Source: Eledone cirrhosa
Lineage: Eukaryota
Length of the DNA stretch: 64,000 bases
Assembly: GCA_964016885.1 (NCBI GenBank)
Contig: OZ024743.1
Span: 60,202,001-60,266,000 of the forward strand
Direction: 5' to 3'
The translations under genes were made by a program, and so were the position numbers. Positions 50,251 through 61,259 of the stretch are shown in pieces (within the stretch, counting starts at the first letter, position 1; every line of letters starts with the position of its first letter). Under the pieces are notes generated by a model, which was not told where the DNA came from, did no database searches, and saw only the letters and a list, made by a program, of their open reading frames with translations.

Positions 50251-52166
50251 CTCCTTGAGTCACAGTCATTGATGTTAGTTAACTGGAAAGTTTGTTGGAA
50301 TGAATATCAAGCCACTACCTGCAGTCTCAGATATTCAGGACGTATCGGAGGGTTCTTGTTGTTCCCAGCAAGCATGCCTTTTGAAGTGTTCCAAAAAGTG
50401 GGGTGGGGCCAATATTCTTTAACGATCCCTGGAAACTTTTTGAGATAGTACCTAGTGCGCCTTTGACAATCGGGACCACTTTGACCTCATGGCAGTTCCA
50501 AATCCATTTTACCTCCCACTTTAAGTCCTGGTATCGGTTAATTTTCTCCCTCTCCTTCTCTTGCACTCTCGTGTTTGAATGGGCTGGCCACATCCACAAT
50601 CAGGCACGATCTGTTTTCCTTGTCCAAAACCACCAGGTCAGGTCTATAGTCCAGTTTCTTGTCCGTCTGTATCCTAAAATCCCATAGCACATTCACCTGA
50701 TCGTTTTCTATCACCGACTCTGACTTGAGCTCATACCACTTCTCAGAATGTGGTAAATTGTTTACTTTGCATAGGTGCCAGTGGATCACCCTGCCCGTCA
50801 CATCATGTCTCCAGCCTTTATAGTGAGTCTGGGCTAGTAGGTTACACTCGGATACAATGTGATCCACAGTCTCCTCTCTCCACAGATACTGCACAGTGGG
50901 CTAGCCTCCTCCTTGTAAATATGATGTTTCAGCCACTTCGTTTTGAAGGCCTGCTCTTGCGCAGCCATTAGCATTCCTTCTGTAGCCTTTTTAAGGTCTC
51001 CTCTTCTCAACCAGTTCTATGTCTGTGGATTACTGAATTCCGTTTTCTCAAAGAAGGTACTATGAAGGGATTTTTCATGAAGGTTGCTTTTTATCCTTGT
51101 TGTTATTTCCTCCTTGGATATCCCCTCGTCTATTGTCCCCTCCTTCAGTACAATTCTGAGCATTGGCTCCTCACTATCGGTCACGTATCGGACGTATCGG
51201 AGGGTTCTTGTTGTTCCCAGCAAGCATGCCTTTTGAAGTGTTCCAAAAAGTGGGGTGGGGCCAATTTTCTTTAACGATCCCTGGAAACTTTTTGAGATAG
51301 TACCTAGTGCGCCTTTGACAATCGGGACCACTTTGACCTCATGGCAGTTCCAAATCCATTTTACCTCCCACTTTAAGTCCTGGTATCGGTTAATTTTCTC
51401 CCTCTCCTTCTCTTGCACTCTCGTGTTTGAATTGGCTGGCCACATCCACAATCAGGCACGATCTGTTTTCCTTGTCCAAAACCACCAGGTCAGGTCTATA
51501 GTCCAGTTTCTTGTCCGTCTGTATCCTAAAATCCCATAGCACATTCACCTGATCGTTTTCTATCACCGACTCTGACTTGAGCTCATACCACTTCTCAGAA
51601 TGTGGTAAATTGTTTACTTTGCATAGGTGCCAGTGGATCACCCTGCCCGTCACATCATGTCTCCAGCCTTTATAGTGAGTCTGGGCTAGTAGGTTACACT
51701 CGGATACAATGTAAGCCACAGTCTCCTCTCTCCACAGATCCTGCACAGTGGGCTAGCCTCCTCCTTGTAAATATGATGTTTCAGCCACTTCGTTTTGAAG
51801 GCCTGCTCTTGCGCAGCCATTAGCATTCCTTCTGTAGCCTTTTTAAGGTCTCCTCTTCTCAACCAGTTCTATGTCTGTGGATTACTGAATTCCGTTTTCT
51901 CAAAGAAGGTACTATGAAGGGATTTTTCATGAAGGTTGCTTTTTATCCTTGTTGTTATTTCCTCCTTGGATATCCCCTCGTCTATTGTCCCCTCCTTCAG
52001 TACAATTCTGAGCATTGGCTCCTCACTATCGGTCACGTATTTGTGTAGGTTGTTTTTCTCCATATGAACAGTCCTCTATGCTGATAAGACTTATTCCATC
52101 GCCAGATCTTAAGTAAAGTCTATCGACACACTCCTCTTGTGGAAGATGTTGTAGATAGTCGATAGG
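50251..52166 (-). mobile_element. Dong-like 5'-truncated copy with an 852-bp-period internal tandem duplication
   Basis: Homologous to the D3 3' portion. 50338-51188 is repeated at 51190-52040. Confidence 0.9.
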
Positions 52167-52175
52167 CATTATTAT

Positions 52176-52350
52176 TAGAGAGTCGGACGCCATGCTTTGA
52201 CGCATAGAGTTACGGCCCTTGCTATTCTGAGTTCAAATCCCGCCGGGGTTAACTTTGCCTTTCATCCTTACGGGGTCGATAAAATAAAGTACCAGTAATA
52301 CACTGGGTAATTTGCTGGCCTTGTGCCTAAAGTAGAAACAATTATTATTA
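52176..52350 (+). mobile_element. tRNA-derived SINE (5' end clipped)
   Basis: B-box, core and (ATT)n tail. Confidence 0.88.
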
Positions 52351-52622
52351 TGGGCCTACTCTGAGTATGTGTCTGTAAATTAAAGGTGGAAAACTGGGAG
52401 AGGGCACTTGCCCTGGTGGTCAGGGTCACTGTGGCCTTTTAATGGGCTTTCTCCACAAATGTCTCTCGGAAGTCTCCCCCTATTGGGGAATTTTTCATTG
52501 TTATTTTTTATTACATCCTCTGTTTTTTTTTACGCATAAATGCCCATTTGTACCGTCCTGTATTGTCCTGTACTGTCCTTAATGTCTACTTTATGTAAAC
52601 CCTTGTGGTTAATAAAGAAAAC
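52351..52622 (+). mobile_element. Tx1 family B 3'-end fragment (~270 bp)
   Basis: Reverse complement of the T3 3' end (GPTLSMCL-TAA plus 3' UTR, AATAAAGAAA). (ATT)n lies on both sides. Confidence 0.9.
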
Positions 52623-52629
52623 ATTATTA

Positions 52630-52680
<51 letters not shown>

Positions 52681-52681
<1 letters not shown>

Positions 52682-55600
52682 AGTTGCATTTATCTTGCTT
52701 TATGTTCATACGAGTTATCACCAAGTCACAACCAGTGACCTCAAGAGACAACAAGGTCCGCAATGTTCAAGAAAGAACATACATACTCACACATGCATCT
52801 TTAGTGTTTAGACTTGTGATGTACTTATATTGACAGAATCTTCCTTAGTATATGGGCAGTTCCCATTGGTACTATCTTTTGTATTTCTCCCATACGCGGG
52901 TTTCCTGGGATTTGCGATAAGTAATCATTAGACCCCTTAGGTATCATTCCCAGAGCGCCTACAACCACTGGTATTGTTTTAGTTCTCAATTTCCACATTT
53001 TTCCAATTTCCATCTCCAGGTCCTTATACTTGCTCAATTTTTCAAATGTTTTTATAGATACATTCTTGTCTATTGGAACGGACATAGACATATCAATTAG
53101 CAGGCATACCCTCTTTTTAAAGTCCCTCAATATTATATCCGGTCTATTTGCATCTATTTTTCGGTCTGTTTGGATGCTAAAGTTCCACAAGATTGAGATG
53201 TGATCTTTTTCAAGTATGGGAGGTGGTTGATGCTCCCACCAATTCTTTTGATGGGGCAGGTCAAAATGCTTACACATTATCCAATGTATGTATTGTGCAG
53301 CTCTGTCATGCCTGTTTAGGTATTCGGTTGGAGCTATAGGACTGCACATTGAAATTATATGGTCAATGGTCTCTGGTTGTTTTTTGCATACACGGCATAA
53401 TGGGCTGCATCCATTTTTTATTATGTTGGCTTGGTAATTTCTTTTGGCAGACACTGATGTTGTGCTGATATAATCATTCCTTCAGTCTCCGATTTCAGTC
53501 CAGAGGATGCCAACCACTGATGGGTTAAAGTTTTGTCAACATCAGGATTGTTAGCTCGCTCTGGGTATTTTCCATACAGAGGCTTTTCTTGCCATTTTTT
53601 AGCCAGTTTCTGTAGCAGTTCTTTCTTTGCAGTTACTTTTACTTGCTTTGCTTTTTCTGTGTTTTCCATTTCAGCAGTAAATGGGACTTCTGAAATTTGT
53701 AGTCCATTACTGTATCTTTGTGCATCTTTTGTAATGGAATATGATCTTTTGATGCTTTCGTGTTTCAAAACGAGTTTGATCATCCAATCATGTGATTCCC
53801 TTAGATATGTAGATAATCCAATTGTTGTAGTTTTCAACGCAATGTCTAACTGGATTAACCCACGTCCTCCTTCTTTCCTAGGGAGATATATTCTATCTAT
53901 ATCTGCCTTAGGGTGAGGCATTCTGTGCATGGTTAAGAGTTTTAGAATTTTTGTATCGAGCCTACGGATCTCTGTGCTTGACCAGTTGATGACATTGTAA
54001 CTGTAGGTTACTACTGGTATGGCAAGCGTGTTTATGGCATCGATCCTATTCCTTGCATTCAATTCCGTTCTTAAGATTGCTCTTACTCTGCGGTAACATT
54101 CCTTCCTTATCCTTTCCCTCATTGTCGAAAGCTTGATTCCGTCTCCTTCACAAACACCTAGATATTTGTAAGTTTTTTCTTGATCAAGTTCTCTTATCAC
54201 GTTCCCCCGATCAAGATTAATGTCTGAACTCTTCAGCAGCTTTCCTCTGGTGAACGTTGCATTGGCGCATTTGTCTTGTCCAAACTCCATTTTAATGTCA
54301 TCACTGAACTGCTCCACAGTGGATAATAGCCCTTGCAATTGTTCATCATTTTTTGCAAAAAGTTTCAGGTCATCCATGTAGAACAAGTGATTAATGGTTT
54401 TGTCATAGACTTTATATCCATGTTTTGTTTCATTGAGCATTTTACTTAATGGTATAAGTGCGATGCAGAATAAAAGCGGTGATAAAGAGTCACCCTGAAA
54501 AATTCCACAATTAATATTAACTTCTCCAGCTTCCAGTGATTTTGTTTCACTATTCAAAAGGAGTGTCGTTTTCCATGTCGTCATACTGAATGACAAAAAC
54601 CTCCTGACAACGGGGGATATTTTGAAAATCTCTAAACATTTTTCAATGCAACTGTGTGGCAAACTATCGAATGATTTCTTATAATCTATCCAAGCAATTG
54701 ATAGATTTTTGTGTCTATTATGACAATCTTCCAGTATCATTTTGTTAACCAGAAGCTGATCCTTACAGCCATATGAGCCTCGTTTACACCCTTTCTGCTC
54801 AATGGGAAATAGGTCATTTGTTATCAGGTGGTCATATGTGTATTCAGTTAGGACTGATGTTAAAATGTTATACATTGTGGTCAAGCAAGTTATCGGTCTG
54901 TAATTTTTGGGATTGTTTGTCTCATCATTCTTCGGAAGCAGGAATGTAATGATGGTATCTTTTCTGGCTCCTTAACTATTTCATTGTAAAGTTGGGCTAA
55001 CAGTTCATGAGACTCTGTGAAGGCATTTATCCAAAAGTTTCGTATTTTGTCTTTTCCTGGGGATTTCCATTTGCTGGTTTTTCTTAGAGCCAAGCGCAAC
55101 TGTTCAACTGTTATATTTTCCCATGTTTGTTCCTCAAGGTGAGCTGTATCTTTCATTTGTCTGTCTATCCATGGGGCATGTATGTTATGAACTTTTTCTT
55201 CGGCCCAGATCTTTTCCCAGAATTCTTGCACTTCCTCCTTGGGTGGTATTGATTTAGCAGTTATTGTTGACTTACCAATTTTTCTGTAGAAGTTTCTTTG
55301 GTTGTTTTTGAACATATTATTGTCCTTATAGAATCTAGATCGTTTTTCAAAGCGCCTTATACGAGTAGCTTTGGCCGACACTTTTTGTTTGATTATTTCT
55401 ATCAGCATATCTATGTCACTTGTTGATTTTATACTGTACTTTTTTTTTCAATTTTCTAAGTTTAGTTTGTTTAACATGTTCACCTACTTTATAGTTTGTT
55501 AAAATTTCTATGTCAGATCGGAGAAGGTTTAGTTTGTTTGTGATGATAATGTTTTTGAGAATTATGTTAGTCTTGTGTATTATCTTTTGGTTCTGTTTGG

Positions 55601-56520
55601 AGTTCTGGATCTTAGGGAGGGTGTCTCGTTGCCCCATGTCAGATTCTTTCATTTTCATCCATTCGATCATAATTTCATCCTTCAAGTTGGCAAGTTCATT
55701 CTCATTCATTTCTTTATCATTTACGATCTCATTATTTTCATTTAGAGTTTCATCTTGAGCATGCACTCCCTCCACTTTTTCGATCCTTTCTTTAATTTGT
55801 TCTGTTGCCAGTGATTCCGCCCCAACCCTGGGATTCGAAGTGTTACAATTTACCTCGTTTTCACTGACACATGTTTCATTTTCCCTTCGCTGACTTTGTG
55901 CTAATAGCTTGATCTGATCAATTTCTATATCAGTTAGTAACTTTTTTCTTACAATATTTCTTCGTATATTGGCTAGTTTGTTGTTGTCAATATAGCCTCT
56001 GTTTTCGGGATGTTTCTTTTTCCAGTTGATATATGTCTGTTCTGTATTCGATGTATTTGATGGGTAGTACATGGCAGTGTAGAAAGCCTCAAGGACTTCA
56101 TTATTATCTTCCCTTGACCAGTTTTCTCTCTTTTTCTTTGGATTTCTTGGTGGTGAGCATGGAGGGCCAACAGTAGGAGTATTCCGGTTATGGGAGGTCT
56201 CCAGCTCCGAAGTGATGGGAAGGTTTGAACCATTAGCTGATTTTTCGACCCCAGTCTGGTTCCTCTCTGAGGGACGCGGCCCTTTTTTACCCGGGTGACG
56301 GCCGATCTGGTATGAGATTTTATCATTAGACATTTACTTTATTTTGTCGCGTTTTATCCTTATCCGCCAAGGGGTAATCATTTCGTGTTACCACTTCTAG
56401 AACGAGTGTCAACCAAGACTAGAGGGGTCGTTCTCTCCTAGAGACACGGCTATTCCCCGCCGGCCGCCATCCCGGTATTTCTTGGTCACGGGGTTTTCTT
56501 TTTGTTGTTTTTTTTAAATT
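52681..56520 (-). mobile_element. R4/Dong-like REL element, second family (D2), frameshifted
   Basis: WKSPGKDKI, GCKRGSYGCKDQL, GIFQGDSLSP, YMDD, CRVCKKQPETIDHIISMC, RHD, RPD...KLSKY. The 3' end abuts (ATT)n at 52623-52680. Confidence 0.92.
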
Positions 56521-56562
56521 GTTATTATCATGAGCATTGCATGACTTAAGAATGAAATTATT

Positions 56563-56613
56563 AATAACTGTCTCCACTCCAGGCACAAGGCCAGCAATCA
56601 CCCAGTGCATTAC
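56563..56613 (-). mobile_element. tRNA-SINE 3'-end fragment
   Basis: aggcacaaggccagcaatcacccagtgcattac matches the SINE 3' end (compare 4348-4396). Confidence 0.7.
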
Positions 56614-56619
56614 AATAAT

Positions 56620-57472
56620 ATAATATACTTTTTGCTGAAGTTGCCTGTTATTGTTGTTGGCTATGTCGGTGGTGGTGCTGGGGATTTTTATATTGTTGGT
56701 GAGGAAGGGGTGAGCTAGCAGTGCCATAGTTGTTGATGTTGACGTTTGGCCGGTGGCCAGGTCACTAAGTCAATCTATTTATATCTTTTGCTAGCTTCTC
56801 CCTTGTCTAGTGATACCGCCACCTTCCCCTTTCTCTCTCAAGTTAACAGGGAATAGTGGTGGTAGCAATGAAGGAGTGGTGGCGGTGGTGATGGGATAGT
56901 GGTAGCAATGATGGATGGGTTGGGGTGGTGGCGGCGGTGGCTTTGACGTTACTGAGTTTTGTGATATGTAGTATATATGAGTGTGTGTCGCGTATGTTTA
57001 ATATATATTGTGTTGACATATTCCCGTAAAATTGGGATTAAACATTTTTTTTTTTAAACTTCAGACAATAATAATAGTAATTATTATTATGATGCTGGGA
57101 TTGGTGGTGGTGGTGGTGAAATTGCCGTTATCTGGCTGTTATATTTAGTGTCATGGGGTAGGTGGTGTATCAAGTTTCTGGTGTTGGTGAAATTGCTGTT
57201 ATTTGGCTGTTCTATATAGTGTAGACAGAGGGTGTTTTCTTCCATTTATAACCATTTCTTTTTTGAATGCAAAATATATAATACAACATTGAAATTTGAG
57301 CGATATAACAATATAATATGGATCCGAAATTTTATGGGACTTGACTCGGTGGTTTATGCAACATTTGTACTAAGAATTGTTATTTCACAATTGATTTAAG
57401 TATGTTAAAAATCAAAAACTTACGGGAGCGATTTCATGACCTTCTACCACCTCGTGCGTCTTCTTCCCTTAT
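56620..57472 (-). mobile_element. Possible 5' fragment (5' UTR plus low-complexity ORF1 start) of another Tx1/L1-like element
   Basis: The minus strand begins AAGGGAAGAAGACGCACGAGG...CGCTCCCG, resembling the T3 5' end. It continues MEENTLC...LIHHLPHDT and Thr/Pro/Asn-rich sequence like the T3 ORF1 start. Confidence 0.4.
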
Positions 57473-57473
57473 C

Positions 57474-57511
<38 letters not shown>

Positions 57512-57537
57512 ATTATTATTATTATTGTTATTGTTAT

Positions 57538-60500
57538 TCCTTGAATCTCAGTCATTGATGTTGGTTAACTGGAAAGTCCGTTGGTTTGAATATCAAGCCA
57601 CTACCTGCAGCCTCAGATATTCAGGACGTATCGGAGGGTTCTTGCCGTTCCAAGCAAGCATGCCTTTTGAAGCGTTCCAAAAAGCGTGAAGGGGCCGATT
57701 TTCTTTAACCATCCCTGGAAACCTTTGGAGATAGTCCCCAGTGCGCCTATGACAATCGGGATCACTTTGACTTCATGGCAGTTCCAAATCCTTTTCACCT
57801 CCCACTTTAGGTCCTGGTATCGGTTAATTTTCTCCCTCTCCTTCTCTTGCACTCTCGTGTCGAACGGGCAGGCCACATCCACAATCAGGCACGATCTTTT
57901 TTCTTTGTCCACAACCATCAGGTCAGGTCTATTGTGTTCCAGTTTTTTGTCCGTCTGTATCCTAAAATCCCACAGCACCTTCACCTGACTGTTCTCCATC
58001 ACCGCCTCTGGCCTATGCTCATACCATTTCTCAGAATGTGGTATATTGTTTACTTTGCACAGGTGCCAGTGGATCACCCTGCCCATCACATCGTGTCTCC
58101 AGCCCTTATAGTGGGTCTGGGCTAGGTGTTTACACTCGGACACAATGTGAGCCACAGTCTCCTCTCTCTCTCCACAGATCCTGCACAGTGGGCTAGCCTC
58201 CTCCTTGTAGATATGGTGCTTCAACCACTTCGTTTTGAGGGCCTGCTCCTGCGCAGCCATTAGCATTCCTTCTGTAGCCTTTTTGAGGTCTCCTCTTCTC
58301 AACCAGTTCCATGTCTGTGGATCTCTAAATTCAGTTTTCTCAAAGAAGGTACTATGAAGGGATTTTCCCTTAAGGCTGCTCTTCCTCCTTGATGTTATTT
58401 CCTCCTTGGGTATCCCCTGGCCTACTGTCCCCTCCTTCAGTACAGCTCTGAGCATTGGCTCCTTACTATAGGTCACGTATTTGTATAGGTTGTTTTTCTC
58501 CATCTGAACACAGTCCTCTATGCTGATAAGACCTCTTCCACCCTCAGATCTCCTTAGGTAGAGTCTATCGACATCACTCCTCTTGTGGAACATGTTGTAG
58601 ATAGTCAATAGCTTCCTAGTCTTCCTATCCATTTCTTTTTGTTCAGCAACATTCCATCTCAGAATTCCCGCACTGTACCTAATAATAGACACAGCTCGGG
58701 AATTTACTGCGCTTATGGCATTTCTGCTGTTCAGATGTGACTTCAATACGCTCCTTACTCTCCGAATGTATTCAGTTCTTAACAATTCCTTCATTTTTTT
58801 GTTCTTTATGCCATCAGCCTCCAGAACGCCCAAATACTTGTATCCTTCCTCAGAGTCAATTTCCTTTATCATCTCACCTGTTGGTATCTGGATCCCGTTA
58901 CTTCTGCTCAACCTACCCCTCCTCATCACAATGACTCCACATTTACCAATACCAAACTGCATACATATATCACTGCTGAAAATACGGACAGTGTCAACAA
59001 GCACATCCAACTCCTTCTCACTTTTCCCGAAGAGCTTAAGATCGTCCATGAAGAGGAGGTGATTGATGGTAAGCTCTCCCCTTCCCAACTTGTATCCTGC
59101 TCTCACTTTTCGCAGCATAATGGTCAAGGGCATCAGGGCAAGGACAAACAACAGAGGGGACAGGCTATCTCCCTGGAAGATACCTCTCTTGATCTTCACG
59201 CTTCCCAAGGATACTCCAGTTGATGTCAACTCTGTCTCCCAGGACCCCATACTCCTGCCCAGCAACTGTCTGATGTTATCTGCCACCCTGAAGATCTCCA
59301 GGCTTTTGGTGATCCAGGAATGAGGCACCATGTCAAATGCCTTTCTGTAGTCTATCCATCCCATGGCAAGATCAGTGTGTCTCCTCCTGCAATTCCCCAT
59401 TACCATCTTATCAATAAGCAACTGGTCCTTTGTACCACGTGACTTCTTTCGGCATCCTTTCTGTTCGTCCGGCAACAAGTTGTTTGTGTGGAGGTGATGG
59501 TAGATTTCCTCAGACACAATGCTCGTCAACAGTTTCCACATTACGGGCAGACATGTGATAGGTCTATAGTTGGTAACATCATTACCCTTGATTCGGTCTT
59601 TCATTATCAGAACTGTGGTACCTTTTGTCAACCACTCTGGCACCTCACCCGACACCAAGCAGTCATTGAACATGGCCGTCAGCTTCGGGTGGAGGGATGT
59701 TAAATGTTTAATCCAATACCCCTGCACACCATCTGGGCCTGGTGATTTCCAGTTGGTTAGTTTTTTGGCTTGCCCCTTAAGAGTTTCAACTGTGATACTC
59801 AAATCAGTCCGTTGCTGTGCCTGCTCACCGATCTCCCTCTGTACTGTCTCAATCCACCCTGCCTGGGCATTGTGTCTAACATCCTGCTCCCATATTCCTC
59901 TCCAGAATGTTTTAGCTTGTTCCGCCCCAGGGATCAAGTCGGTGCCTCTTTCTTTCCCCCCAAGCTGTCCAAACAGCATCTTCTGGTTGTTGTCGAACAT
60001 GCGGTTCTGTTTATACTGACTGACTCTGTTCTCGTATCGCCTGATTTTGGCACTCTTTGCTACAATGCGTTGCTTCAATTCCTCTATGATAATATTTAGC
60101 TTTTTACTCCTAGTTTTGTATTTTATTTCCAGTCTATTTTTAGTGCCTATGTTTTTTAGTGTCCCATTCAGTAGTGACTCAAGCTTTCCTATGTCATTTC
60201 TCATTTCCCCGATTTGCCCACTCAGTCGCTTCTTCCACCACGGCTCTGCTCTTTCTTGTCTGTTGTTTCCTCTCGCTTTTATACCAAGTAGTTTCCTCAC
60301 CGTATTTGCTGTTGCTTTGAGGATATTGTTGCACTGGTGAAGACTCCTCGCCTCAAGGTATGGGATGACTTTGTTTACCTTAGCTGTTGTTTCTTTTAAC
60401 TTTTTCCTGTCTACAAATCTTAGGTTCATAGGTCTCCCACTATCATTGTTCAACTCATCTACCACTAAATTTAGGATGTCAACCGAATCTTGTCCTAGCC

Positions 60501-61157
60501 CGTCAGCATTCATCTCCTCAGTGGCCGTATCTCTGTTCCAGGTATTATTTATCTCAGTATTCAGATCATTGTCTGCTTCGGGTGGTTCCTCCGCTCTCAG
60601 GACCTCCTCACCTTCATTTCCCGCCGGCTCGCTTGTCTGGCATACTACACCCGCCATCTCCAAGCCATTCTCTCTGCTCAGTTCCTCCAGTTCCAGCTCG
60701 CTTATCCACCCATTAGTTCTTATTACCCGAGCCTGCCCGGCCAATTTTTGTTCATCTAATTTAAATAAACCAATCTCGTTCCAGATGTTATGCATCCGTC
60801 TCCTGTAGCCCCTCTCCTTGGGGTTACTTTTCAGGTAGCATTGCATAACAGTTCTATTCAATTCTTTCGTCCAGTTGGTTCTGGCCCCTTTCCTTCTTCT
60901 TCTTCCTCCAACATCAGCAGTATTTCGTTGACAGTCAGGTTCCTGCTGCTGAGCCAGGGGGCACCTGTTGGGTGAGAGTCTGTCACATGACGTTGTTCTA
61001 GTCTCCATTTCATGTGTGTCCGTATACAGCGTGGTGATAATGCCACACAAGGGCCAAGTGGGATGGCGGATCCACAGATGGCTATGTAAACATACATTCG
61101 CCAATCCTCGATAAGAGTGTTTAAATATCGAACATAAACAGTTCGAATAACGGTGAA
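57538..61157 (-). mobile_element. R4/Dong-like REL non-LTR retrotransposon D3, full length
   Basis: Single intact ORF, ~150-nt 5' UTR and ~75-nt 3' UTR. (ATT)n lies at 57475-57537 and 61158-61210. Confidence 0.95.
57613..61008 (-). CDS. RT plus CCHC plus PD-(D/E)xK restriction-like endonuclease polyprotein (1131 aa from the first ATG)
   Basis: Uninterrupted ORF (METRTTS...YVLNI) with IFQGDSLSP, FMDD, CRICGEREETVAHIVSEC, RHD and RPDLMVVD...DVACP...KINRY. The track's 61104 start is a TTG codon. Confidence 0.95.
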   Translation of the reverse strand: METRTTSCDRLSPNRCPLAQQQEPDCQRNTADVGGRRRRKGARTNWTKELNRTVMQCYLKSNPKERGYRRRMHNIWNEIGLFKLDEQKLAGQARVIRTNGWISELELEELSRENGLEMAGVVCQTSEPAGNEGEEVLRAEEPPEADNDLNTEINNTWNRDTATEEMNADGLGQDSVDILNLVVDELNNDSGRPMNLRFVDRKKLKETTAKVNKVIPYLEARSLHQCNNILKATANTVRKLLGIKARGNNRQERAEPWWKKRLSGQIGEMRNDIGKLESLLNGTLKNIGTKNRLEIKYKTRSKKLNIIIEELKQRIVAKSAKIRRYENRVSQYKQNRMFDNNQKMLFGQLGGKERGTDLIPGAEQAKTFWRGIWEQDVRHNAQAGWIETVQREIGEQAQQRTDLSITVETLKGQAKKLTNWKSPGPDGVQGYWIKHLTSLHPKLTAMFNDCLVSGEVPEWLTKGTTVLIMKDRIKGNDVTNYRPITCLPVMWKLLTSIVSEEIYHHLHTNNLLPDEQKGCRKKSRGTKDQLLIDKMVMGNCRRRHTDLAMGWIDYRKAFDMVPHSWITKSLEIFRVADNIRQLLGRSMGSWETELTSTGVSLGSVKIKRGIFQGDSLSPLLFVLALMPLTIMLRKVRAGYKLGRGELTINHLLFMDDLKLFGKSEKELDVLVDTVRIFSSDICMQFGIGKCGVIVMRRGRLSRSNGIQIPTGEMIKEIDSEEGYKYLGVLEADGIKNKKMKELLRTEYIRRVRSVLKSHLNSRNAISAVNSRAVSIIRYSAGILRWNVAEQKEMDRKTRKLLTIYNMFHKRSDVDRLYLRRSEGGRGLISIEDCVQMEKNNLYKYVTYSKEPMLRAVLKEGTVGQGIPKEEITSRRKSSLKGKSLHSTFFEKTEFRDPQTWNWLRRGDLKKATEGMLMAAQEQALKTKWLKHHIYKEEASPLCRICGEREETVAHIVSECKHLAQTHYKGWRHDVMGRVIHWHLCKVNNIPHSEKWYEHRPEAVMENSQVKVLWDFRIQTDKKLEHNRPDLMVVDKEKRSCLIVDVACPFDTRVQEKEREKINRYQDLKWEVKRIWNCHEVKVIPIVIGALGTISKGFQGWLKKIGPFTLFGTLQKACLLGTARTLRYVLNI

Positions 61158-61213
<56 letters not shown>

Positions 61214-61259
61214 CACTGATTCCCCATTAATAAATTATGGTTTTGGGCTAAAGTGAAAA

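Noticed and set aside
57686-60975. Numerous antisense ORFs over the LINE coding regions (also within T1-T5, RTE and D2)
   Set aside because: They are shadow ORFs of the retroelement reading frames, with no independent motifs.
61009-61157. HDV-like ribozyme in the D3 5' UTR (GGCGAATG resembles J4/2; R2 and some R4 elements carry one)
   Set aside because: I could not build the P1/P2/P3 nested pseudoknot or find an L3-like motif. Only a small tcgaac/gttcga hairpin is evident.
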